From NCBI GenBank assembly GCA_049593795.1, contig JBAWHK010000016.1, positions 1 to 62,761 on the forward strand: DNA of 62,761 nucleotides. The letters are read 5' to 3'. A program made the position numbers and the translations under genes. Positions 33,945 to 43,101 of the stretch are shown piece by piece; position 1 is the first letter of the stretch; every line of letters starts with the position of its first letter. The DNA is from Solirubrobacterales bacterium. GTDB lineage: Bacteria > Actinomycetota > Thermoleophilia > Solirubrobacterales > 70-9. The notes under the pieces are model-generated. The model saw only the letters and a list, made by a program, of their open reading frames with translations, was not told the DNA's origin and made no database searches.

Positions 33945-35630
33945 ATGACCCGCCTCTCGAGATCACTGCTGCCCACGCTAAAAGATGCTCCGGCGGATGC
34001 CGAAGCGATCAGCCACAAACTGCTCGTTCGAGCCGGGATGGTGCGCCAGATGGGTGCCGGACTGTGGACCTACCTGCCGGCCGGATGGCGATCCCACCGC
34101 AAGGTCGAGGAAATCATCCGGCAAGAGATGGACCGGATCGGTGCCCAGGAAATGTCGATGCCGATAATGCAGCCGGCCGAACCGTGGAAAACCACCGGCC
34201 GCTACGACATCGACGAACTTTTCAAGCTTGAAGACCGCAAGGGCTCACCGATGGTGCTGGCGATGACGCATGAAGAATGCATCACCAGCCACATGGCCAG
34301 CGAAATCCGTTCGTACCGAGACCTGCCGCAGCTGATCTACCAGTTCCAGACCAAGGAACGCGACGAACTGCGGCCACGTGCCGGAATCCTCAGAACCCGC
34401 GAGTTCGTGATGAAGGATGCGTACAGTTTCAACCGCGACATGGAAGGTCTGGACGTCACCTACAACCGGTGCGTCGAAGCCTACGACCGGATCTTCGACC
34501 GGACCGGCCTGCGCTGGTACAGGGTTGAGAGTGACGTCGGCATGATGGGCGGATCCGGCGCGCATGAATACATGGCTCCCTGCGACGCCGGTGAAGACAC
34601 GATCGCGCTCGCAGCGGGCTACGCCGCGAACGTCGAGGTTGCCTGCGCCGTGGCGCGGCCGATCGAACGTCCAGCTGAACTTCCGTTTTTCGAAGAAGTC
34701 GAAACACCCGGCCTGAAAACGGTCGAACAGGTTTCTTCCGAACTTGGAGTTGATCCCGGAGCACTGATCAAGTCGGTACCGGTGGTAACTGATGACGGAG
34801 ATTTCCTGCTGATCCTGGTCCGCGGTGACCACCAGGTGAACCCGGTCAAGCTCACGAACAACCTCGGAATCGATTCCCGCCCCGCCAAAGCTGACGAAAT
34901 CATCGAGAAGCTCGGCCCGCCCGGATTCATCGGACCGGTTGGTGCCAAAGTCAGGATCATCAAGGACAAGGCGATCACCGGCGGTGGCCTGGTTGCCGGC
35001 GCGAATCGTCCCGATCTTCATTTGCGGGGAGTTGAGCCAGGCCGGGATTTCCAGTTCGAGGAGATGGACATTAGAACGGTCGAAGCTGGAGATACGACCG
35101 AAGACGGACATGAAATCTCGCTCGAGGCCGCTATCGAAGTGGCAAACATCTTCAAGCTCGGAACCCGTTACAGCGAGCCGCTCGGAGCCAGCTTCCTCGA
35201 CGAAGACGGCAAAGAAAAGCCGATAGTGATGGGCAGCTACGGAATCGGTCCGGCCCGGATCGTGGCCGCCGCAGCCGAACAGCTCGGTGATGGCGACGGG
35301 CTCCGCTGGCCCGCAGCAATCGCGCCCTGGCAGGTTCACCTGGTTTCGATGGCAAAAGCCAAGGATCCGGAACGGGCAGAAGCCGACAGCCTGTACGAAG
35401 AACTGCTGTCAGAAGGCGTCGAGGTGATTTATGACGACCGTGATTCCGGTGCCGGTTCGAAATTTGCTGACGCTGAACTCCTGGGCTGTCCGCTGCGTGT
35501 AGTCGTCGGAAGGCGCGGTCTGGCCGACGGCGTCTACGAAGCTTCGGAACGCACCTCGGGCAAAGATCACAAGATTCCAGTGGAGGGTGGGGCGGCAGCG
35601 ATTGCCGGGCTGTCCCGGTCGCTGGACTGA
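33945..35630 (+). CDS. proS: Proline--tRNA ligase
   Basis: 561 aa from ATG 33945 (MTRLSRSLLPTLKDAP..HKLLVRAGMVRQ). The upstream in-frame extension runs through repeat DNA and was rejected. Confidence 0.95.
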   Translation: MTRLSRSLLPTLKDAPADAEAISHKLLVRAGMVRQMGAGLWTYLPAGWRSHRKVEEIIRQEMDRIGAQEMSMPIMQPAEPWKTTGRYDIDELFKLEDRKGSPMVLAMTHEECITSHMASEIRSYRDLPQLIYQFQTKERDELRPRAGILRTREFVMKDAYSFNRDMEGLDVTYNRCVEAYDRIFDRTGLRWYRVESDVGMMGGSGAHEYMAPCDAGEDTIALAAGYAANVEVACAVARPIERPAELPFFEEVETPGLKTVEQVSSELGVDPGALIKSVPVVTDDGDFLLILVRGDHQVNPVKLTNNLGIDSRPAKADEIIEKLGPPGFIGPVGAKVRIIKDKAITGGGLVAGANRPDLHLRGVEPGRDFQFEEMDIRTVEAGDTTEDGHEISLEAAIEVANIFKLGTRYSEPLGASFLDEDGKEKPIVMGSYGIGPARIVAAAAEQLGDGDGLRWPAAIAPWQVHLVSMAKAKDPERAEADSLYEELLSEGVEVIYDDRDSGAGSKFADAELLGCPLRVVVGRRGLADGVYEASERTSGKDHKIPVEGGAAAIAGLSRSLD

Positions 35631-36277
35631 TGGCCGGGGACGCGACACCGTTCGGAACCGGAAGGATCCGCAGGCTGTTTGGCCTTGATCGGACCGGCCC
35701 TGAACCGACCGCGACCCGTAGCGGTCAGCCGCTCAACCCGTTCACCCTGCCGAACCTGGTCGGGCTCATCCGCCTGCTCGCCATCCCGGTATTCCTGGTG
35801 GTGGCTTTCAACAGCGGAAACGGTGAGTCCTGGGTGGCCGCAGCGATCTTCTGGTGCATCTCGGCCGGCGACTACCTCGATGGCCTGCTGGCGCGGGTCA
35901 CCGGGCAGTACAGCCGTCTCGGGGCTTTGCTCGACCCGGTGGTTGACCGTCTCACCATCCTGGCGGGTGTAGTGGTCTGCTGGAACTTCGAACTTCTGCC
36001 GCGCTGGCTGCTTGCCCTGCTTGCCCTGCGTGAACTCGTAACCCTTGTGCTCGCCCGATGGGGACTGAGCCACGGGGTGGACATCGAAGTGAACTGGGCC
36101 GGCCGCATGGCCGTGTTCCCGGTCATGTCTTCGCTCTTCTTCGCGATGATCTGGCCGGGATGGTTCCCGACGACCCTGCTGGTCATCGGATTGGTGATGG
36201 CATGCATGGCTACGTACCTCTATGCCCGGGTCGGCCGGGACCAGGTACGCGAAGCGAGAGATTCAGCCCAACAGTAA
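35630..36277 (+). CDS. pgsA: CDP-alcohol phosphatidyltransferase (PgsA-like)
   Basis: Has the signature DYLDGLLARVTGQYSRLGALLDPVVDRL, i.e. D-x2-DG-x2-AR-x8-G-x3-D-x3-D. Polytopic. Confidence 0.85.
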   Translation: MAGDATPFGTGRIRRLFGLDRTGPEPTATRSGQPLNPFTLPNLVGLIRLLAIPVFLVVAFNSGNGESWVAAAIFWCISAGDYLDGLLARVTGQYSRLGALLDPVVDRLTILAGVVVCWNFELLPRWLLALLALRELVTLVLARWGLSHGVDIEVNWAGRMAVFPVMSSLFFAMIWPGWFPTTLLVIGLVMACMATYLYARVGRDQVREARDSAQQ

Positions 36278-36310
36278 AGCCACAGTTGAAGGTTAGGCTG
36301 GGGCCCTATA

Positions 36311-36790
36311 ATGGGCTCTATGTCGGCTCACTGTCCAGAATGTGGCTTGGTAAACACCGAAGCCGCGAACTATTGTCAGAAGTGCGGCACCTTCATTGGT
36401 ACCCGTGAGGGGGCAGAGGAGGCCAGCACCACGACCTATCAGGTCGGCGAAACCGGTGAGATCGCGGCGATCGACATCGATGCGGAGATCGAACGCTCAG
36501 GTGCTGCCCTGGTGATCCGCAGCGGCGGTGGACGGGCTGGCGAGAGCTTTCCCATGGCAGAGGACAGGATTGCGATCGGTCGCAGTCCCGACGCCGGGGT
36601 GTTCCTTGACGACGTCACCGTTTCGAGAAACCATGCTCTGCTGGTCACCCGGAATGACGGCACTTACATCGATGACCTTGGATCGCTGAACGGCACCTAC
36701 GTCAACCGCAGTCGCATTGAATCCCAGCGGCTCGAAGATGGCGATGAAATTCAGGTTGGCAAGTACAAGCTGAGTTACCTGGAGAAATAG
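36311..36790 (+). CDS. garA: GarA/OdhI-like FHA-domain protein with N-terminal zinc-ribbon
   Basis: The FHA core is very close to mycobacterial GarA (VFLDDVTVSRNHALL, GSLNGTYVNR, GDEIQVGKYKL). The N-terminus has CPECG..x11..CQKCG followed by EASTTTYQVGE. Confidence 0.8.
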   Translation: MGSMSAHCPECGLVNTEAANYCQKCGTFIGTREGAEEASTTTYQVGETGEIAAIDIDAEIERSGAALVIRSGGGRAGESFPMAEDRIAIGRSPDAGVFLDDVTVSRNHALLVTRNDGTYIDDLGSLNGTYVNRSRIESQRLEDGDEIQVGKYKLSYLEK

Positions 36791-37542
36791 TGCCTGTTTC
36801 AGACCGACAGATTCCGGAAGTCGGGCCGGCCACTCCGGCCCGCCCACGCAAAGCTTTGACAATTGGTGCCGTCGCCAAAGTCCTCAGCAAAGAGTTCGAC
36901 GACGTGTCGATCTCGAAGATCCGATACCTCGAAGATCAGAAACTGGTGACCCCGAGGCGCACTCAGGGTGGATATCGGCTTTACAGCCAGGCGGACGTTG
37001 ACCGTCTTCGCACGATCCTCCGCCTCCAGCGCGACGAATTCCTCCCGCTGCGGGTGATCCGCCAGGAACTCGCGTCCGGCCCTTCGCTATCCGGCCTCGC
37101 CGGCTCGAACGGGTCTTCGGCATCGAATGCCACGCGCCGGGCCAAACTGGTCGGAACCGCAAGCTCGCGCTTCACGCTTGACGAAGTGATCGAAGAGACA
37201 GGGGCCCGCCCGGAGTTCGTGCGTGAACTGGCCGAGTTCGGCCTGGTTTCCCCAAGAACTGAAAACGGCAGCGAGGTCTATGACGAAACCGACATGGAGA
37301 TCGTGCGTGCCGGGAACGAACTTGCCCGGAGCGGAGTCGCCGCGCGAAACCTGAAGGTCTTCAAGACATCAGCTGACCGCGAGGTTCAGTTGATCGAAGC
37401 CCTGCTGCGTCCGAAGCTCGCTTCACGCAACCCGCAGCGACGCAAGGAAGCTGTCGAAAGCCTCGAGCGCATGGCTTCGGTGCTTTCTGAACTGAAACAC
37501 GCGTTGCTGGTCAGGGACCTGCGTCGCCTCGCCGACAGCTAG
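36790..37542 (+). CDS. MerR-family transcriptional regulator (Rv1828/FtsR-like position)
   Basis: Has the HTH LTIGAVAKVL..ISKIRYLEDQKLVTPRRTQGGYRLYSQADVDRL. The GTG start overlaps the FHA gene stop. Confidence 0.85.
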   Translation: MPVSDRQIPEVGPATPARPRKALTIGAVAKVLSKEFDDVSISKIRYLEDQKLVTPRRTQGGYRLYSQADVDRLRTILRLQRDEFLPLRVIRQELASGPSLSGLAGSNGSSASNATRRAKLVGTASSRFTLDEVIEETGARPEFVRELAEFGLVSPRTENGSEVYDETDMEIVRAGNELARSGVAARNLKVFKTSADREVQLIEALLRPKLASRNPQRRKEAVESLERMASVLSELKHALLVRDLRRLADS

Positions 37543-37548
37543 GGAAGC

Positions 37549-38028
37549 TTGCCGAAAGTCACTCGCAAGAAGTTGCTGCCCGCTGAGCCGGACCATGTCT
37601 ATGACGTGATCAGCGATCCCCGCCGCCTGAAGGACTGGTGGCCCCGGGTGAGCCGCGTCGAAGATGTCGAAGGGAAAGCCGGTGCCGCCCGGACCCGATG
37701 GACCAACGTGATGGCCGCTGATTCGGGACGCAAACTGCGAATGGACTACGCCAGCACTGCTGCTACCCGTCCCGAGCGCTACGCCTGGGAACACGAACTC
37801 GAAGGCACCCCGTTCGAAAAGCACATGTCAAGCCAGACCACCGAGGTCCGCCTGAAGCCTTCCGCCGAAGGCACCCTGATCGAACTGACCGCCAGTCACA
37901 CCCTTCGGGGAAGCGCGCGCATCGCCGGCTTCATGATGAAGAAGACCCAGCGCCAGATGCTCGACCAGGCGCTGGTATCACTCGAGACCCTTTTTGAGAG
38001 CAAGGACCCCGGCGAAGAGACCGGATGA
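37549..38028 (+). CDS. SRPBCC (START/polyketide cyclase-like) family protein
   Basis: 159 aa with V.DPRRLKDWWP near the N-terminus, typical of this fold. TTG start. Confidence 0.65.
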   Translation: MPKVTRKKLLPAEPDHVYDVISDPRRLKDWWPRVSRVEDVEGKAGAARTRWTNVMAADSGRKLRMDYASTAATRPERYAWEHELEGTPFEKHMSSQTTEVRLKPSAEGTLIELTASHTLRGSARIAGFMMKKTQRQMLDQALVSLETLFESKDPGEETG

Positions 38029-39650
38029 CCGAACCGCGGCGCGATACCAGGTGGTGGGGTTGGGGCGACCCGGAAGAAACCGCAGAACTTTCGCCTGCCG
38101 CTGAATCACTCCTGAACGACCGGGAAATACTTCCAGCCGATTCACCGGAACGGGTCGAACTGGCAGATGTATCGCTTCCCGAAGCAGCTCCGCTTCCTGA
38201 AGAGATAGTTCGGATAGTCGGTGAAGCCAACGTTTTCGCAGGCCACGAGGACCGAATCCGGCATGCCGCCGGCCAGAGCTACCTCGACGTGCTTGCCAAA
38301 CGTGAAGGTGACCTGAACCACGCCCCGGATGCGATCGTCGTGCCGGACAAAATGGAGCAGATCCTTCCCCTGCTTGAAGCCTGTTCCCGTCTCGGCATAG
38401 CCGTGGTGCCATTCGGTGGCGGAACCAGTGTGGTCGGAGGAATCACGCCGCTGGCTGGCGCGCACGACCGGGTGATCAGCCTTGACCTGGTCAGCCTGCA
38501 GGCGATCGATATCGACGAGCGCTCACTGACGGCCCGGCTCGGCGCCGGACTGCGTGGTCCCGCAGCGGAAGCCCTGCTCGGCGCGAAGGGGTACACCCTC
38601 GGACATTTTCCGCAGTCGTTCGAATACGCGACGATCGGCGGTTTTGCCGCCACCAGATCCGCAGGCCAGTCGTCGAGCGGCTACGGGCGTTTCGATTCTC
38701 TGGTCAGTTCGATCCGGATGGTCACCCCGTCCGGCGAGATCTCGACCCTGGCGACACCGCATACCGCCATTGGGCCAAGTCTCAGGGAAGTCGTGGTTGG
38801 CTCAGAAGGAATTTTCGGGGTAATCCCTGATGTCGACGTCCGGATCCGCCCGGCGCCCGCGAGGAAACGATACGAAGCCTGGATCGCACCCGGCTTCGAC
38901 GAAGGCAACGAGATCATCCGCGGCATGGCCCAAAGCGACAGCCTGCCGACCATCGCCCGGGTCTCGGACGAAGACGAAACCGAAGTCAACCTGACCATGG
39001 CCCTGCCAGGCGGCACCGCCGGTGATCTGTTCCGGCGCTACCTGAAGATCCGGGGTCGCGGAGCCGGGGCCCTGATGATCACGGGTTTTGAAGGCACGGC
39101 CGACCATGTCCGCATCCAGCGGGCCAGCACCGCGAAAGCATTGCGCAAAGGCGGGGCGATCTACCTCGGTCAGAACGCCGGCAACGGATGGGCGAAAGGC
39201 CGGTTTCATGGTCCGTACTTCCGGGAAACGCTGCTGGACCGGGGCGTGCTGGTCGAAACCCTCGAAACTTCCCAGCTGTGGAGTGGCCATCGGGCGCTCT
39301 ACACGGGCGTGCGGGCCGCAGTGAAGCAGGCGATGGCGAATCGCCGGATGTCCGGCGTGGTCATGTGCCACCTTTCCCACGCTTACCGTGACGGGGCATC
39401 GCTCTACTTCACGATAATTGCCTCTCCGGGCATTGACGGCGGGGCCGCAAGCTGGCCGTTGATCAAAGAAGCCGCCTGCCGGGCGATTCAGGAGCACGGC
39501 GGCACGCTTTCCCATCATCACGCGACCGGCACCGATCACGCTCCCTATCTCGAAGGAGAAATCGGCCAGGTCGGAACCGGTGCCCTGACAGCACTGAAGG
39601 AACAGTTTGATCCGGCCGGGGTGATGAACCCCGGCAAGATCCTCAGTTAG
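38025..39650 (+). CDS. FAD-linked oxidase (alkyl-DHAP synthase / GlcD-like)
   Basis: 541 aa with the FAD_binding_4 motif VVPFGGGTSVVGG and the C-terminal segment HHHATGTDHAPYL..DPAGVMNPGK. Confidence 0.85.
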   Translation: MTEPRRDTRWWGWGDPEETAELSPAAESLLNDREILPADSPERVELADVSLPEAAPLPEEIVRIVGEANVFAGHEDRIRHAAGQSYLDVLAKREGDLNHAPDAIVVPDKMEQILPLLEACSRLGIAVVPFGGGTSVVGGITPLAGAHDRVISLDLVSLQAIDIDERSLTARLGAGLRGPAAEALLGAKGYTLGHFPQSFEYATIGGFAATRSAGQSSSGYGRFDSLVSSIRMVTPSGEISTLATPHTAIGPSLREVVVGSEGIFGVIPDVDVRIRPAPARKRYEAWIAPGFDEGNEIIRGMAQSDSLPTIARVSDEDETEVNLTMALPGGTAGDLFRRYLKIRGRGAGALMITGFEGTADHVRIQRASTAKALRKGGAIYLGQNAGNGWAKGRFHGPYFRETLLDRGVLVETLETSQLWSGHRALYTGVRAAVKQAMANRRMSGVVMCHLSHAYRDGASLYFTIIASPGIDGGAASWPLIKEAACRAIQEHGGTLSHHHATGTDHAPYLEGEIGQVGTGALTALKEQFDPAGVMNPGKILS

Positions 39651-40683
39651 CCGACTGGCCGCCGGTTGTGTTGGTGGGGGCGGAGCAGCTCTGCTGGACA
39701 GTCGCCTTGAGCGATTGCTCCATGGCGATCGGACCTTCGAAGACAGTGTTCCCGGCGTAGTCAGGCAGCTTGTTCTGGTTGCCGCCGTCGACAGCTTTCT
39801 CGGTATCCGCCAGAACCTTTTTGCGCTCGGCACCGGTCAGCTTCGAAAGGCGCATGTCGGTGAAGACGTCGGACGCGATCGAACAGAAAACAACCGCCGG
39901 AATCAGAATCGTCTGGTTGATCTGTCCGTTCTGCTTGACCACGGTTTCGTTCAACGGGAATGCACCAACCGAACCAACAGTCCAGAGCACGTAGCTGGAG
40001 TCATTGTTGGTGGGTTCGAGCTCGGTGAAGGTCAGACGGGCCGCAAACTGATCCTCGGCCTGCCCGAACTGAACCCTGCCGTTGCCTTCCTGGTTTCCAA
40101 CTGGCTGGAGTACGGAGACAGCAGCGTCAGCACCGGCCTGCTGAACCTCGGCCGGGTCATCATCGCTGCCGCCAGCGATCAGGATGATTCCGACTACCAC
40201 CAGAATGGCCAGAAGGACCAGCGCCGCGATCAGACGGAGATGTGTTTTGCTGAGCGGTGATCTGCCTGATCCACCATCGTCATCCGATTTACGGCTCCGG
40301 GAACTGGATTTCGATGTTGAACCGCGGGCTGAAGATTTCGTGGTGACGCTGCCACCGCTTCCGTCGGGCCGGGGAAGGTTGGCTCCGGGAACCAGCAATC
40401 TCAGCTGGTCACTGAGGCTGGACGCGGTGTCCGCTGCCTCTTCATTCCGGGCAAGCTCACGCGCAACATCGGCGCGGCCAATCGGGTCACTCTGACCAAG
40501 CAGGTAGTCGGTCAGGTTGACGTCGACGTCGGGGTCGCTGCCGTTGATTTCGGTCAGTGCCTGGTGGGCACGGTCGCGGACTTCGGCTTCGTCGATGCCG
40601 AGCAGTCCGGAAATGTCATTGTAACTTTTGCCGCGTCCGAGCAGGAGCTGGAGCAGGGTGCGGCTGTCCTCGCTTAGGGCCAT
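39643..40683 (-). CDS. Membrane-tethered protein: N-terminal sigma70-region-4/LuxR-like HTH, one TM, extracytoplasmic RskA-like domain
   Basis: N-terminal HTH reads LLGRGKSYNDISGLLGIDEAEVRDRAHQAL. This is followed by a Ser/Lys-rich linker, a TM segment (LIAALVLLAILVVVGIILIA), and a C-terminal YVLWTVGSVGAFPL segment reminiscent of the anti-sigma-K RskA domain. Confidence 0.7.
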   Translation of the reverse strand: MALSEDSRTLLQLLLGRGKSYNDISGLLGIDEAEVRDRAHQALTEINGSDPDVDVNLTDYLLGQSDPIGRADVARELARNEEAADTASSLSDQLRLLVPGANLPRPDGSGGSVTTKSSARGSTSKSSSRSRKSDDDGGSGRSPLSKTHLRLIAALVLLAILVVVGIILIAGGSDDDPAEVQQAGADAAVSVLQPVGNQEGNGRVQFGQAEDQFAARLTFTELEPTNNDSSYVLWTVGSVGAFPLNETVVKQNGQINQTILIPAVVFCSIASDVFTDMRLSKLTGAERKKVLADTEKAVDGGNQNKLPDYAGNTVFEGPIAMEQSLKATVQQSCSAPTNTTGGQSAN

Positions 40684-40744
40684 GAGCGGGAACTCTATGC
40701 GTTATTCATTAACGCCAGATATATGGGTCTATGATCCCAGCTAT

Positions 40745-41185
40745 ATGACAGACGTCACGCTTCCCGACTCCCCGTTCGATGTACTCCTCGGAACCGAGTG
40801 GATCTCCTCGGATCCCGACCACGCGATTGTCCGCCTGGCAATGAAAGATGAGCACCGACAGCCCATGGGCATCATGCATGGCGGGGTGATGGCATCGATG
40901 GTCGAGAGCCTCTGCTCGATGGCCACCGCCACCGCGGTTGTGCCTGACAACCGGATCGCGATGGGGCAGAGCATTTCGGTGAACCTGCTGCGGCCGGTAT
41001 CAACCGGCGGTATCGAAGTCGAAGCGGAAGCCGTCCATCGAGGACGCATGACCTGGGTATGGCGGGCGACCGTGAAAGACCTCGAGGGCCGCACCTGCGC
41101 GATGGCGCAGATGACGATGGCGATCAGGGACGCACCGGAAGGCGTCGACCTTGGTTTCCTCGCCAAGGAAGCAGCGAAGAAGTAA
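40745..41185 (+). CDS. PaaI-family hotdog-fold thioesterase
   Basis: Has the motif GIMHGGVMASMVESL. 146 aa from ATG 40745. The upstream in-frame stretch is AT-rich promoter-like DNA. Confidence 0.8.
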   Translation: MTDVTLPDSPFDVLLGTEWISSDPDHAIVRLAMKDEHRQPMGIMHGGVMASMVESLCSMATATAVVPDNRIAMGQSISVNLLRPVSTGGIEVEAEAVHRGRMTWVWRATVKDLEGRTCAMAQMTMAIRDAPEGVDLGFLAKEAAKK

Positions 41186-41206
41186 ACGAGCGGACGCTGC
41201 CCTGGC

Positions 41207-42817
41207 TCAGGAAGCCTGCCAGGGCCGGTAACGGTTGGTGATCGGCATTCGCCGGTCACGACCGAAGCCTTTCGGGGTGACCCGGAGGCCAGGCGGCGAC
41301 TGACGGCGTTTGTATTCCGCCCGGTCGACCAGCGCGACTATTTCGGAAACGGTGTCCGGGTCCTCGCCAGCTTCGACGATCTCCGCTGGTCCCAGGTCAC
41401 GTTCGACGTACATCTCGAGGATCCGGTCGAGGACCGGGTAATCGGGCAGCGAATCGGAATCCTTCTGGTCGGGCCGCAACTCGGCTGATGGCGGGCGAAC
41501 AAGGATCGAGTCAGGAATCACGGGGGAAGTTCCGTTGCGGTGCCGGCAAAGTTCGTAAACCAGCATTTTCGGTACGTCCTGGATCGGGGCGAGACCGCCT
41601 GCCATGTCGCCGTAGAGGGTCGAGTAGCCGACCGAAGTTTCGCTCTTGTTGGCGGTGGTAAGGACCAGCCATCCGCGGCTGTTCGAGAGCGCCATCATCA
41701 GGTTGCCGCGGATTCGTGCCTGAAGGTTCTCGGCGGCAAGTCCGGTCGCGTCGTCTCCAAGCAGGCTGTCATAGGCCCTCATCGGTTCCTCAATCGGAAT
41801 CTCGATCATTTCGACCCCGAGGCGCCTGGCCATCTCGCGAGCGTCGCCCTGGGTGTCACCGCTGGAATGAGGTGAAGGCATTACGACGCAGGTGACCCGT
41901 TCCGGGCCCAGGGCATCGGTGGCCAGTGCGGCCACCAGGGCCGAATCGATACCGCCCGACAGTCCAAGGCCGACGTGAGCGAAGCCGTTCTTCTGCACGT
42001 AGTCACGGAGTCCGGTGACGAGGGCGGTGTAAACCTCGTCAAGGTCGTCCATCCATTTAGCGGGGGAGGTCTCGTTTTCAACTATGACCAGGTCTTCGGT
42101 GAACTGGCCGGCCCGGGCGAGCACCGATCCGTCGGGGGCGAGCACGACGCTGCCACCGTCGAAGATCAGTTCGTCCTGGCCACCGACCATGTTGACCATG
42201 GCGACCGGCCGGTTTTCGCGGATTGCCACCTGCCGGAAGATTTCCTCCCGCTGGCGCACCTTTCCACGGTTATACGGTGAAGCCGAGAGGTTGGCTATGA
42301 GGTCCGCGCCCGGGGCCAGGCTGTCGGCTACTGGTGATGCGGGATCCCAGCAGTCTTCACAGACGGTCAAGGCGACGTTGGCTCCGGCAATTTCAACTGA
42401 AACCGGGCCGATGCCGTTGCGGAAAGTTCTGAACTCGTCAAACACCCCGTAGTTGGGGAGCAGCCGCTTGTGGTAGATCGCTTTGACTTCGCCGTCGCTG
42501 ACCGCGGCTACGGCATTCGCGGCGATTGCTTTTCCGACCGGGTCGCCGACCGGGTTGGCGAACCCGATCAGGGCGGTGATGCCAGAGGTCTCCGCGGCGA
42601 TTTCCTCGATCGTCCGGGCGTTGGCCCGGATGAAGTCCGGTCGCAGGTAAAGATCTTCAGCCGGATATCCGGTGAGGCAGAGCTCGGGGAAAATGATCAG
42701 TTCGGCCCCGGCCGCTTTCGCGTTGCTGGTCCAGTCGGTGATCATGGCCGCGTTGCCGTCGAGGTCACCTACGGTCGGATTGATCTGGGCCAGGGCGAGG
42801 CGGGGGAGGCGCGTCAT
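41207..42817 (-). CDS. nadE: Glutamine-dependent NAD+ synthetase
   Basis: 536 aa. The N-terminal CN-hydrolase domain (ELIIFPELCLTGY, TVCEDCW) is followed by a synthetase domain with the GLSGGIDSALVA P-loop. Confidence 0.93.
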   Translation of the reverse strand: MTRLPRLALAQINPTVGDLDGNAAMITDWTSNAKAAGAELIIFPELCLTGYPAEDLYLRPDFIRANARTIEEIAAETSGITALIGFANPVGDPVGKAIAANAVAAVSDGEVKAIYHKRLLPNYGVFDEFRTFRNGIGPVSVEIAGANVALTVCEDCWDPASPVADSLAPGADLIANLSASPYNRGKVRQREEIFRQVAIRENRPVAMVNMVGGQDELIFDGGSVVLAPDGSVLARAGQFTEDLVIVENETSPAKWMDDLDEVYTALVTGLRDYVQKNGFAHVGLGLSGGIDSALVAALATDALGPERVTCVVMPSPHSSGDTQGDAREMARRLGVEMIEIPIEEPMRAYDSLLGDDATGLAAENLQARIRGNLMMALSNSRGWLVLTTANKSETSVGYSTLYGDMAGGLAPIQDVPKMLVYELCRHRNGTSPVIPDSILVRPPSAELRPDQKDSDSLPDYPVLDRILEMYVERDLGPAEIVEAGEDPDTVSEIVALVDRAEYKRRQSPPGLRVTPKGFGRDRRMPITNRYRPWQAS

Positions 42818-42909
42818 TGCTCAAGTATTCCGAGCTTTGCCCCCGGGCCGCTGTCCGGGCGGGAAATTTCCATGTGAGGCTACTCACACCGGCGCATCAC
42901 GTCAGGCCG

Positions 42910-42939
42910 TTGACTGTTGAAGCTAACACAACGTTAATA
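42910..42939 (+). promoter_or_regulatory. Candidate sigma-70-type promoter for the riboswitch-rlpA transcript
   Basis: TTGACT (42910-42915), an 18-nt spacer, then TTAATA (42934-42939). An AT-rich island within GC-rich DNA. Confidence 0.4.
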
Positions 42940-42947
42940 AAACGCCG

Positions 42948-43092
42948 AGCCATCACTAACAACTCTGATGGGCGGGGGACCCAGAAGCCAACCGGCATCC
43001 CAGGTTGGCACGGGGCGAATCCAGCGGTGATCCGCTGGTAGGCCGGGCAAACGTCCGGGCGAGTCCGACAGCTAACCCCGCAGGCGGACAAG
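42948..43092 (+). promoter_or_regulatory. Cyclic-di-AMP riboswitch (ydaO/yuaA class)
   Basis: The conserved blocks occur in the right order: CGGGGGACCCA (42973-42983), CGGGGCGAATCC (43011-43022) and CCGACAGCTAACCCCGCAGGCG (43065-43086). Intervening hairpins lie at 42987-43008 and 43021-43038. The SD AAGGAG and a TTG start follow. Confidence 0.8.
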
Positions 43093-43101
43093 GAGATTCA
43101 G

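Noticed and set aside
33546-33966. Minus-strand ORFs (83, 132 and 61 aa) and the 30-codon N-terminal extension of proS across the ispG-proS spacer.
   Set aside because: They are built from the direct and inverted repeats; for example HGSWRAMAR appears twice because the DNA repeat is translated. There is no start context, and the proS family N-terminus begins at 33945.
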